64,000 bases of DNA from Geosiphon pyriformis uo1 (taxonomy: Eukaryota; Fungi; Glomeromycota), in NCBI GenBank assembly GCA_016748015.1, contig JAAOMT010000633.1:28196-92195 (forward strand), read 5' to 3'. Shown here piece by piece: positions 23,457 to 35,985 of this stretch (position 1 is its first letter; each line of letters starts with the position of its first letter). The position numbers were made by a program, and so were the translations under genes. The notes under the pieces were generated by a model. It was not told the origin of the DNA and did no database searches. It saw nothing but the letters and a program-made list of their open reading frames with translations.

Positions 23457-26400
23457 TTAGATTTGTCTCATTCGTGACAAACTGTCAGCATTTCTATTGT
23501 TTTTTCCCTTTTTATAATGTATAGTATAAGTATATAGTGTAAGTGTTATTTTCTATCTTGATTGTCTGCCATCTCCAAATTTTTGTTTCTGGAGTAATGT
23601 TAATTCTTTGTGATCTGTATATACCTCAAACTTCTGGCTCAAGTATTTTTTCTATTTTATGACTGCCCAGTATATTGCTAAGTGTTTTTGTTCCGGTGTT
23701 TTATAGTTCTTTCCAGCTGGTGTTAAACCTCGGCTGGTGTATGTGACTGGATGTTCTCTTTCATCTGGTCTTCTCTGAGATAGTACTGCTTCCAATGCTT
23801 AACCTGATGCATTAGTGGTGATAATGAATAGTTTACTATGATCTGAATAGATCAATACTGGAGCTTGAATAAGCTTTCTTCTTAAAATGTCAAATGCTTC
23901 TTACTGGGTTTCAGTCCATTCATACTTTACATTTTTGGTTTGAAGATCATTGAGTGGTTGTGCTATCTTTGAAAAGTTCTTTATGAAACATCTATAATAG
24001 CTCACGAATTCCAAGAATAATTTCAGCTCAGTTACATTGGTTGGTATTGGAAAGTTCTTTACTATCTCTATTTTCTCTGGATCTGTTTTTATGCCATCTT
24101 TGCTAACTATGTGTCCCAAAAATTTTAGTTCTGTTTTGCCAAAAAAACATTTTGTTGCATTCAATTTTAATCCTGCTTGTCATAGTCTTTTGAACACTTG
24201 TTGGAGATGACATAGATGATTATCGAATGTTTTTGAGAACACATTAGTGTCATCCAAGTATACAATTACTGATTTTCACAATAAGCTAGTATACACAATT
24301 TCCATTAATCATTAAAAGGTTGCTGGGGCATTGGTTAAGCCGAATAACATTACTTCAAATTCGAAATTCCCTTCTCTTGTGGTGAATGTTGTTTTTTTTT
24401 TGTTGGCTGGATCCATGACTACTTGCCAGTAACCACTATTTAAGTCTAACGTTGAGAACCATTTGTTTTTACTGAAAGTGTCAAATAATTTTTGTATTCA
24501 TGGAGTTGGATAACTGTCTCCACAAATTACACCATTGAGTTTTCTGTAATCCACACAAAAGCAGATCTTTCCATTTTTCTTATGGATGAGTACTACTGGT
24601 GATAACCATAGGCTCATTGATGGCTGAATTAACCCATTGTCAAGCATTTGGTTAATCTCTTGACAGATGATTTCATGGCTGGCTGGTGGTACCTTATATG
24701 TTCACTGTTTGATTGGCATTGTATTTCCAGTCTTGATCTGATGCTGGATAATATCAGTTCTGCCAAATTTGTTTTTACTGGTGAAGATGTCATTGAAATT
24801 ATTGAGTAATATCTTTAGTTGTATCTGTTGAAGTGGGTTTAGATTTCTTATGTTCATCTGTTCCAATTGTTTTGGCTGTAACAGATAACATTCGTTTCAT
24901 CTGTAGATGGTTTGTAATATAATGTCCACATATCTACAAAGCTGTAGAAAATCTGAAATGCTGCTTGGTGCTTGATCTTCAATTTCTATGGTTAAATATC
25001 TGAGAGTGGTTCTTTCTGGTATCTTTACAACATTTCTGGTGTTGTTGTAGATGGGAATTTTGATATGATTATGGCTTTTGGCTGGTATGTATAGATTGAT
25101 AAGTCCAATTTCTTCTGATTTACAAAGGGTTGCTTTTGCTTCAAAAATCTGTTTTTGCTCTTTCTCTCTCCTTTCTATTGCTAACATATATCGGCTATAT
25201 GGTGGAATGGAAATTGTTTGACTGGTTGAGATAATTTCTCCTTGGCCAATAATTTTTTTCTCTACCATATTGACTGGTACATCTATTCTACCTGTGAATC
25301 CAAATCCCTGTATCCCTCTTGCTGTTATCCCTAATTCTTTTCTGTTTCCTACTGGCACTAATTAAGTTACTTTAACCAGAGGCAGAAATATTGCTTGTGC
25401 TATCTTTTTGTTTGGTTCTATAATATAGGTCTTTTCTGAATCATTTTGTAGCATGGCAATAATATTTCTTACATATTCCACGTCAATTATTCCTCCTCTT
25501 ATATTTATCCCTCTTTTTGCTAGATTACTCCTAAATGCTAATTGAATCATTGTTGTTGCTGGAATTTCCAGTGCTATTTTCAAATCAATGCAGGTGTGTG
25601 AATGTGGTTTCGATTTGATGGCATCTTTTCTTGGATACCTTAGATCAAACCCAGCATTGGTATTATGTGTGCATTCTGACATAATACTTTCATTATTATC
25701 ACTGAACCATTTAAGTTCCTGTTCCTTGGGGAGGTTAAAAAGCACAATATATTGTTCATAGTTTGGATTGGGGTTTAAATCTGAGTTAGAATTGTTGTCA
25801 TTGTTCTTGCCATATTGGACAGAACTGGAACTGGTGTTTTTGTCATCATCGTTGTCGGAGTTTGAATCAGGATTGAACAGTGATTCCGATTTCAATATGC
25901 AGCTGCTGATTGGTTCTTCCTCTTTTGGGATTGTGTAGATCATGCATGGTAGTGGATTGTAGATAAGGTTACACTCATTACAATACTCAAAGTCACTGGG
26001 AATTAAACAATAGCAACACAGTCTTGTATTTAATTGTTCTAGCCATTGCTCTTGCTCTTTCCTAGTGGAAGCTAATTCTTGGTAGTGTTTGTAGAATTGT
26101 TCTGGATTTAGAAAATTTATGACTGGTTCTGGGTTCCAATTAAGTTCTATGGATTCTGGTGGATTGTTTTTAACTGTCCTGATTTCTTTTGGTAATGCGC
26201 CTTTGATTTTGGCGAGTGCCATTCGCCATATTTTGTCATCGTTGTGTAGACAACTGTCCAATCAATACACGGCTCATCTCCAAGTGGCTTTGATTGGTGT
26301 CCCTTTCCTAATCCAGTTGCTAATGAGAATTGTGTATTGGCACAATTCATCATACATTCCCCTTCTCCCAGAAATGTTGTTCCACATTCCTTTGTCAAGA

Positions 26401-29400
26401 AGAGTTTTTCCACAAGCTAAACATAATGTATTATCTCATTTTTCCACTCATTTTGGTCTTTCAAAGCATTCAACAAGACATGCGTGGCAATAAAACCTAG
26501 TTGCTGGTATTCCTCATTGTTGCCACAGCATGTGCCCATTAATGACAATTTCTTGCCACAATCAGTGCATATTAGCTTTGAACAATGATAGGTGGATTGG
26601 TGTGATATAGTATAGGCATAGAGATTATGAGTGGTAGTGGTTACTTTTTTTTCTTTTTCTTTTCCTTTTCCCTTTGTGTTCTCTTCCTCTTATACCCAGC
26701 TTGTTGTTGGTTTGCTTTTGTCATAATCAGTCCAGATCAGATTGTCTGTCTTCCAGATAGGTTTTTCTCTTTGTTTACTCTTTCTGTTGTCATCCCATGA
26801 GAGTATTGGCAGTAGCTTATTGTGTTCTTCATCAGTCCACGAGACTTGATATGCTTCCCAGGTAGGTTTTGGTTTGTCTTCTTTGAAGTCAATTAGTAGT
26901 GCTGTGGTATTGGTAGCCTTAAAGTGACCATACATTGCTGGTACTCACATGTGTTAACCATTTTGACTTAGCTAAAGTTTTTACGTGTTCTAATTTAGCA
27001 TTGTATTAGTCTTGGACAGCCAGTTATTCCCAACGAGTGCTTAGTATTAAGTGGCTTCTATCACCAGAACTTTGATAGGTACTACAATGCTATTGACTTC
27101 AATTGAGAAGTCATCAATTTTGCCAATTGGGGTTTTGGTGGCTCCATCTGCGGTGATAATCCTGGTGCTGACAGCACAATCAACTTGGTAACCTAATTGA
27201 TCTATGAGTTGTCATGTAATGATGCTGTCTGCTGAACTACTGTCAAAGATTAATTTGATGAAGTGGTCATCGATCTTGGCATCAGTATACATGGCTGTAA
27301 TCAGTTTCTCTTCAAGGGCTGCTCCACTGAATAATAGCATATCTGATGGTTTTTTGAGTTCAAATGAAAAGATAGCATCCAAAGATTTATTTTCGGTGAT
27401 TGTAGCAGGTGAAATATTATTGGTAGGTGGTTGTTGTTGTTCGATTCTCTGATTGCTGGATGTGGCATCTTCTAGAGTTACCAGAATGCTTAAATAGTGT
27501 TGGGAATTCGGATTTTGGATGAGACTGGTGCCCGAATTCCACTGACAAGATCCTGATTGTTGGTGAGAAAAGCTGGAGATTGGTTAATGTACAACCATTG
27601 CTGATCTCCAGTTTTGGGTGATCTTTGATCTTGGGTTCCCTGATGTCATTTGAGCTGGGTTTGCTGGTAGTGTTTGAATGGTAGGTGTTTGATAGATTGC
27701 TGGTGGCTGCAGTTGATATATTACTTGTGGCTGTGCTTGATAAATTGCTTGTGGTGGCAGTTGATAAACTGGCAGTTGATAAATTGGTTGGTGTATTATA
27801 GACAGATAAGTAAGTTGGTATTGGTCTTGATTCGGGTGATGGTTCAGAGTCTGGAACTGGCAATCAGGGTTTCTATATTGATTTCCCGATTGTAGATTGC
27901 TATAAGTATGGCAGTTGGCTCTGATGTGCCTTTGTTTACCACAGTTGTGGCAGATGCATGTCTCTGGCTGCCATGACTAATTGGATGACGATGATAAACA
28001 TGACTGATTTTGAAAATGATTCACATTTTCTTGATTGTTATGCCGTTGAAGAGATTAATAAATTGTGCAATTGTCAGCTAAGTATCCTTCTAATTTCTGA
28101 TTAATTGAATCACTGAATTGCTTCAATTTGGAATCCAATTCAGATAATCAATTCATTGCTAGATTCACAGCTTGAATGTGATTAGCTTCTAGTTCAGCTG
28201 CTTTAAAATCCCTGGTGTAGGTGACTGCGGTTGGAAGGTCTATTGGGTGCATTGAACATATTCGTTGTAGAATGCTACTGCACAATCTTCTAATAAATTG
28301 ATTTAAAATTTGTGGCGCTGTGAAATAGTCGACTTGGATGGCTTGTATTTGGCGTAGATTTTTATAGAAGCATCCCAAATAAGTAGTGACTGCTTTAGTG
28401 TCTACTTGTTTGATCATTGTAAAGGTGTTAGTTAATTTGTTAATACTATTATTGTTGCTAAAGTACTGTAAGAATTCAGTTTTAAATCCATTAAAATTTT
28501 GGAGTTTAACAGTGAAGCTTTGATACTATGCATCAGCAGTATCCTAGAAAAAATAAGGGATCACTTGCATTGCTCTAGCATCATCCCAATTATTGGCTGT
28601 AATGGCTTTGGCCATGTCATTTAACCAGACTTGGGCATTGTCTTCTTCACCATTGAATTTGTCGAGTTTTGCAATGAGTGTGTAAGCCATTTGTTGTTGC
28701 TGTGGTGATAGAAGTTGTTGTTGTTGTTGAGGTAGTACTGGCAGTTGTTAATTTTGTTGGTTTGGTGGTTGGATGGGCTGGCCAATTGGTTCAATGGGTG
28801 GTTGATTGATGACAATAACTGGAGATAAGTGTTGATTAATTACTTCAGAGTTTGGATTGTTTTGATTTGGTGGGGTTTGAATATTCAGAGTGTCATTTTC
28901 CTGATTGTCTAAATTTGGCTGGGTTTGACAGTTTGGAGTTTTAATTTTCAGGTTTTCTAGGATCAGGTTTTGGTAAGTAAATTCTTAATCTTCAGATTCT
29001 TCTTCTTCTTCTACTTATTGTTCTCCTTCTGATTCAGTAATTTCCCAAGGACTCATGATTCCGAAATTTGGTTAAGGTGGCGGTAATCAAAATCCTGATG
29101 GCGTCGGTGATCAAGATTTAAATTCTTCAAAATACTTACCATATGGTCCTAGTAAATCTTTTTTCCTTTGTTTACTTTGGAATGAGAAACGTCCAAATGC
29201 TGATGTCACATTTGATGTGGACGTGTCTGTTGATAATATATTGATGGCACTTCTAGGAGTATAGTAATAAGATGGGTTGTTTGGTAACTCAACTCTAGTT
29301 TTCTTCCAAGTAGGTGGTTGTATCTTTTGAGGTGTTATTGCTGGTGTTTGTAGTTTTCTTTTGCCTTTACTTGTGTAAGTAATTGAGTATCTTTGCTGTG

Positions 29401-29665
29401 TATGATGTTCAATTTCTTTGTTGATCTCAGTAATGATAGATGCAAAATTATGATTTGTGGGTAGGCTAGTGTTTTGAATTAATTTGTTGTAAAAAGTTTC
29501 TCTCACTGATTCAATATTCACGGATGTTCTCAACAAATAGGCAATTTTTTTGTTGATGTAGAAATTAAAAGCTGATTCTGCTGATATGTGATTATGGGTT
29601 AATCCCAAATGTTGATAGTAATGTTGAAATAAGAATTTCACAAATCCTAGATGGTTTGCTCCCAT
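23457..29665 (-). pseudogene. gag-pol: A gag-PR-Cys-rich-dUTPase-RT-RNase H polyprotein (decayed)
   Basis: MGANHLGF start, NQFIRRL, NAGFDLRY/GGIID/GIQGFG, YLDD, KCFFGKTELKFLGH; ends SRMRQI*. Confidence 0.92.
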
Positions 29666-29725
29666 GTTTTCTGATTCTGCCACTTTTGGATAGGGTTGTT
29701 GGTGCTGGTTCTTTATAAGATTATA

Positions 29726-29742
29726 CCTCACAGAGAGCATCA
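29726..29742 (-). promoter_or_regulatory. A primer-binding site
   Basis: Minus strand TGATGCTCTCTGTGAGG, 2 nt after the LTR end. Confidence 0.8.
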
Positions 29743-29744
29743 AA

Positions 29745-30598
29745 TGTTACAGGTGACTATTTCTGGTGTTGGATTAAATAACAAATCTGTAACTTGGTGC
29801 TAAAAGTTATTTGCATTGATGTTATTAATCTGAAAGTTTTGTATCTGAAGGTTTCGGTTTGAGTTCTTTGTATAATAGACAGAAATTCAATAGTGGTTTT
29901 ATTCATAGCTTTCCAGAATTGCAATTCCATCAATTCTTCTCTTGGTGTGATGGCCGGCAATTCTCTGATAAGTATTCCATATCTTCTGTATATGTCCTAC
30001 TCTCTTGCAAAAGTCTTTTACTAGACAATCCTTGATGTCAGTAATTTAGTACTTTATTCATCCAATTAATGCACAACAATAAAATCAAAATAAAATAAAG
30101 AAAAGAAATAAAAGAAAATAAAGAAAGAAAAAAAATAAGCCAAGGCAATTTGCAAGTTAGTATTCCATCAATAGCCATGATCAAGAACTATTGTTCTAAT
30201 GTAGTTAAGTATCAATTACTATTAACATGGAGTGTTAATAGTGGAATTAGGTTTGAGATACCAAATAGTTATTTATTGTGTTTGGAAGATTGTCTAGATG
30301 AAATCTAAACTTGGAGGTCTGTTTCTTTCAGCTTCTCATACTACTACTATATATACATAATTGAGATTTCTCAATTCCTCAATTCTTCACAACAGAAATT
30401 CTGGAATTTCTGAAATCCTGCAATTTCTTTGAGAGAAATCCTGGAATTTTGGAATCCTGTGATTCCTTATAAGAATTCTGTAATTCCTGGAATCCTGCAA
30501 TTCCTGAGAGGAATCCTAGAATTCCACATTTACTACATCTACTTCTGATTGGCTAATAACTATGCTAATATATATTTTCTATATTTCTATAAGTAATA
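29745..30598 (-). repeat. A 5' LTR (854 bp)
   Basis: Direct repeat of 940-1793. Confidence 0.93.
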
Positions 30599-33500
30599 TC
30601 ACAGAGATAAGTGTTGATTTGGGCAAGATATTGTTCTTGTTTTTGTCGAATAAGGCATAGTTGTTGGTAGTAGTCCTGGAATTTGTCTACTGGGTCAAAC
30701 ATGTTGTAGCTGGTGACTTCGTCAGCTACTTCAGCTGACTCTTTCCAATATCATATTTCTTTGGCAATTCCTCCTCTTATTTTGGTCTGTGCAGTGTTAC
30801 ACAACTCGTCTTTGTCATGTGGGTAATGCTGTAGTTTTTTTAATGCTCTATTAAACACTGCTTTGAACAGCATTCCTCCTTTTACCCAGTCACAGATGAG
30901 AATTATGTATTGGCAAGTTGTGTCACACATTCCTTCTCTGCCTGGTATGTTGTTCTAGTTGCACCCTCTTGGTAATGGTTCTCCACAAGCAAGGCATGGT
31001 TTTTCATTCCATTTTCCATGTCTTTCTGGGTAATCGTATTTTTTTTTGTTACAACAGTTACAATAGTAATGGGTAAGATTTCTTGGGTCTTCATCTGGTA
31101 TGCTGCACACAGTCATAGATTAGAGTTTCTTCTTGCAAACCAAACATTTTAGCTTTGGTCTGCATTGCTGGTGGTTTTTTCATGGATTTATTTAGTTCTA
31201 TTTGGATCTTTCTTTACTGGTCCATATTAGTATGGCTGGTAGTTCTGTTTTTTGGTCATCAGTCCAAGAGAGCTGATAGGTTTCGATGCTGGTAGTGCTG
31301 GATTTTTCTCAAATTCAATGATAGGTCTTTGGTTGGTGCTGGGTTTTTGGAAGTGGCCACAGGTGGCTGGAATTCTGGCCTGGTGGCCATTATAATTGAT
31401 CAGAAGCTCTTGGGTGGTCCAGTCTAAGGTGGCATTGGCTTTTGTTAACCAGTCATTTCCTACTAATGTTTGATATTATGTAGCATCCATTATTAATACT
31501 TTTGTAGATATTACTATGCCATTAATTTTGAAAGGAAATGAGTAGATTTTGTCATGAGACAGCTTTGTACTTCCATCGGCTGTTATGATTTGGGATGTCG
31601 CAGCATGATTAACTTTGAAACCCAGTTGGTTTACTAGTTGAAGCATTATGATGCTTCCAGTAGATCTGCTATCTAAGATAAGTTTGATTGAAGTATTGTT
31701 TACAGTGGCTTCTATATACATAGCAGTAATTGGGCATTTTTTGTTCAATGCTGCTCCACTGAACATAGCCTCATTTTTCTTTAATTCAAAAGGAAAAATA
31801 GCTGTGAGACTGCTATCTTTGGTGACAACTGCTGGTAGTATTGTTTGGCTCAATTTGTTGAAGGAATTTTCAGTTCTGTTTATGTTTCAACTATCATTGT
31901 TTCTAATAATCAGATTTTCCAGTATATTAAGATAAGTTTGTTGATAATTTTGGTAGTTTAGATTGGTTTACTGACTGGTTCCGGCATGGTTTGAATTCCT
32001 CTGGACCAATGCATTCTGGTTCCACATGGGCTGATTTCAGGGCTCAGAACACCAATTCGGGTTGGCTATCATGGGCTGTTGCTGGTAAGTTTTTTGATTT
32101 TAATACATGGTGGGATATTGACATGGTATTGGCATATACTAGTTTCTGGGCATTTGGGGTGGCATGTAATAATTATTTTCATATGCTTCTTGCATCATTT
32201 GCATTCAATATTGATTAATCAAATGTTCTATGCATTTGCAAAAATGGCAGATGTGCATTTCTGTTCTGAATTCCTGGTGTGATAAATGATTATTTCAACT
32301 GTTGCTGACTTTCTGGCTGTATCTTTGGAGTGGTTGGTATGTATTTCTTCTTGGATCCAAGATGAGGTAACTTTCTATTTTTTTAGAGAGTTTTTTCCCT
32401 AATTACATTACTCTTTTCTCTAATGTTTCTGTCTTATTTTCCTTCATTATTATGTTAGCTATTTGACTATGATTAGCTTCTTTCTCAGCTGATTTAAGGG
32501 CTCTGGTGAGTGTAATGGCTTCTGGTAAAGAATTAGGGTGGGCAGGGCATACTCTTTCTAAAATGCTGTTTTTTAATCATTTAATAAACTGATTTAAAAC
32601 CTGAGGATTAGTGTAGTATCCTTGTTCAATCATTTTAATCTAATGGCAAATTTGATTGAATTGAGCAAGATATTGGGTGACAGTTTTACCAGTACCTTGC
32701 TTGATAGTATTGAATTTGTTCTGTAGTTGGATTATAGCATTTGGGTCGCTAAAATACTCCAGGAGTGCATTTTTAAATTTGGTGAAGCTCGTGGATTTTG
32801 TTTATAGGCTTTGATACCACAAATCAGCTGTGCCTTTTAGGAAGAAAGATAATGTTTGAATTGCTCTTTGGTTATTCCAGTTATTTGTCTGGATGGCTTT
32901 TTGTGCTTCTCTGAGTCACATGTGTATGTCCGTTTCTTCTTCCTCTCCTGAGAAATCTGTTAGTCTTGTAATGTATGGTGTGGCCATTTTGTTGCCATTT
33001 TCTGCTGGTGGGCTTATTGGTCTAAGAAAAAGTGGGATAATATTTCCTTAAGTGTTCCTAAAGATGGCTTCCCTTATATCCAGTTCTTCCTCTTGATCAC
33101 AAGTTTCTTGGTTTCTGAACTGGCTGCTTGTTCTAGTGACTGGTTTTGTGATTGTTTTTTTGCTGGTCTCTTTTTCAGATTCAGATTCAGACTTTTCTTT
33201 ATGGTTTTCAAAACCCGTTCCAAATTTTGGCTGAAAAAGAAAGTTTTGGAATAATGATGAATATCCTTCTGTAATTAGTATGTCTTTCCAGTTATGTTGT
33301 TTAATTTTATCAGTATAACTAAAAGTTCTTGGCATTTGTAGAGTTGATATTAATGATGATACAGCTCCTAATGGAATTTGTATCTTATTTTCTGGTAAAA
33401 AATGGTATGATTTATTTTCTGGTGAATAAATACATTGTTTTTTTATTGATTGAATGACAGTTTTCTTTGGTGTTTGAGCAGGTGTTCTTAGTTTTTGCTG

Positions 33501-33900
33501 GTTACTTTTCTGATTAGTTCCTAAATTTTTTTTGGTTTTGTTGGCATGTTCTTTAGTGTTTTCTGTGGATATTGGAAAATTTTTGTTGGTGTATTGCTTA
33601 ATTTCTCAATGGATTTTGACAATAGTTGCAGCTATTACTGCTACTTCCTTTGTAGTGTATTGTGATAATTCTCTATACAATCCAAGTTTTGAATCATGTG
33701 GTTCTTCTTCATTTTTTATATGATAATTTATTCTGGCATTGATATAATAAGTGAGGGCAGATTTTACTAAACAACACCCTTCTAGAAATCCAAGATCACT
33801 TTGATTTTGTGTGTAAATAGCATGGCAGAATTCAAAAACAGTAAGGTTAGAGGTTTTTGTTGCCACTTTTGTTTCTTCTTTTTTAGCAATAAATTATTGC
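30599..33900 (-). pseudogene. gag-pol: Z gag, protease and Cys-rich region (decayed)
   Basis: ORFs 33606-33866, 33048-33335 and 31476-31853 (LILDSRSTGS); collinear with C 9375-12250. Confidence 0.9.
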
Positions 33901-33932
33901 TAATTATTATTTTTTTTTGATTTTCTTTTTTT

Positions 33933-33945
33933 GTAGAGTTCACCA
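33933..33945 (-). promoter_or_regulatory. Z primer-binding site (TGGTGAACTCTAC)
   Basis: TGG lies 2 nt after the LTR end; differs from the A/B/E PBS. Confidence 0.75.
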
Positions 33946-33947
33946 AA

Positions 33948-34331
33948 TGTCATGAGATGGTTTTCTTAGAATATTTAATTTAAAAGTATGATTTAAAGTG
34001 GAGTTGGATAAATTGGATCTCTTGTTTGATAAGTTATGATTTTTATTACTTGATTGACTTTTCTCAATATTAAAGCTATTGTATATATACATGTTTGTAG
34101 TTCTATGAGAAAACACATTGTAATACTTTCTTTTTAATATTTCAACCTAGTGTTTGCTGCTATCACCAGTTGGTGTTGGCTGCTATTGTGAACTGGTGCT
34201 TACTACTATTGTGAAATAGTGTTTGCTATTATGTTAATCATTACCTTTCTAAGATTATTACTGTGCTATATTATGATTGAATAGTTTATATTATTTTTAT
34301 GATTCTTTTTCTAAATTTTTAAACTGTAACA
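33948..34331 (-). repeat. Z 5' LTR, internally deleted (384 bp versus 866 bp in C)
   Basis: Both termini match the C LTR; about 480 bp of the interior is missing. Confidence 0.88.
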
Positions 34332-35920
34332 GTATTAAAATCTCATCAACAAACCACTAAACTTTAATGCATTTAAAACCACGTTTCTACAGCATTTTAG
34401 TGATAATAATAGTATTAACTGCCTAGCCAATAGTTTTACTACAATCAAATAAGGTAATATCAAAGCAGTTATCACTTACTTGGAACACTTCTACAAAATT
34501 CTGTGCCAAATATAACCCATTGAAGCTGACTACTTTACAGTATCACAGATTCTAAATTAGTTCATCTATGAATTGTACAGTAGCTTGCTACAGAAAGTAT
34601 GTCCAATGCACCCAAATACACTTTAAAATGCAGTTACACATGTCTGAAATTTCAAATCAGCAAAGTTAAAAGCCAACTACAGCCAAGCCATAAATTTAGT
34701 AATGAATAAATTATCTGGATTAGATTCCAAATTAAAACAATTCAGTGATTTAATCAACCAGAAATTGAAAGAATATTTAGCTAACAGTCAGGTCATTTAT
34801 CAATCTCTATAACAACATAATAATCAAGGAAACTCAAATTATTTCCAAAATCAGTCATGTCTTTTATCATCAACCAATTAACCATGGCAGTCAGAAATGT
34901 GTATTTGCCACAATTGTAATAAACAAAGTTACATCAGAATCAACTGCTATTATAATGGAAATTTATGATTGAAAAATTAATATTAAAATCTTGATTGCCA
35001 GTTTTAAACTCCAAATTATTCACCAAATCAAAATCACTATCAATCCTATTACCCATTCATAACACAACAAATATATTCATCTCCTATATATCAAACTCCA
35101 GCACCAGTAATATATTAACCACAGCCACAAATTATCTATCAACTTTAACAACTTCAAACACTATCACAAATTGCAGCTCAGATAACACCTAAAAATCAAA
35201 GGCCAAGAGTAATTTAGAACTGAAAATCAGTAATAGTTATTCATTAGCTGATTTCAAGCTTCTTAAACCAACCATCAAGATCACACCAGTAAAGTTCAGA
35301 AACTGGATATGCCCAAAACCCAAATTCCCAAAACTATTTAAGTCTTCTGATTACTTCAAAAAACACCAAACTTAGCAAACAAGAACCCAATCAAACTCAA
35401 CTATTCACTAACAACATACTTCTAGCAATTATCACTGAAAACAAATCACTTACTGCTATCTTTCCTTTTGAACTCAAAAAATCAGTCAAAATACTACTAT
35501 TCAGTAAAGCCACCCTAAAATCTAAATCCATTACTGCAATGTATATTAATATAAAAGTCAATAGCCATCTTATCAAACTTATCTTTAATAATGGTTTAGC
35601 AAACAGCATTATTACCAAGCAACTCATGGACCAATTAGGTTGTCAAGTTGATCATGCTGCCAGCACCCAAATTATCACTGCTAATAAAGCAATAAAGACT
35701 AATATTATGCTTGACTGGAATATTCAGAAGCTATAACTTAGTCAAAACAGTCAACACATTCGAGTATCAACCACTTGTGGTTATTTTAAAACTACCACCA
35801 ATGAACAGCCACTAATTGAGTTGGAAGAAGAAAAAAAAACCTATCTGGGAAACATATCAGGTATCATAGATTAAAGAAGAACACAATGAATTACCTCCAG
35901 TACCTACATAGAAAGAAAAG

Positions 35921-35985
<65 letters not shown>

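Larger units (their letters stand above)
940..30598 (-). mobile_element. Element A: full-length decayed Ty3/Gypsy element inserted in Z and interrupted by B
   Basis: LTR pair 940-1793 and 29745-30598. TSD TTGC (936-939) / TCAC (30599-30602), both derivable from TCGC. PBS and PPT are present. Confidence 0.93.
1..34331 (-). mobile_element. Element Z: Ty3/Gypsy LTR retrotransposon of the C family, interrupted by element A; its 3' part lies left of the window; inserted into gag of element D
   Basis: 1-939 and 30599-33947 are reverse-complement matches to element C (dUTPase region; gag, protease and Cys-rich region). 33948-34331 matches the C LTR. The reading frame rejoins across A (INTYLC/ENCLIPCQ). 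Confidence 0.93.
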
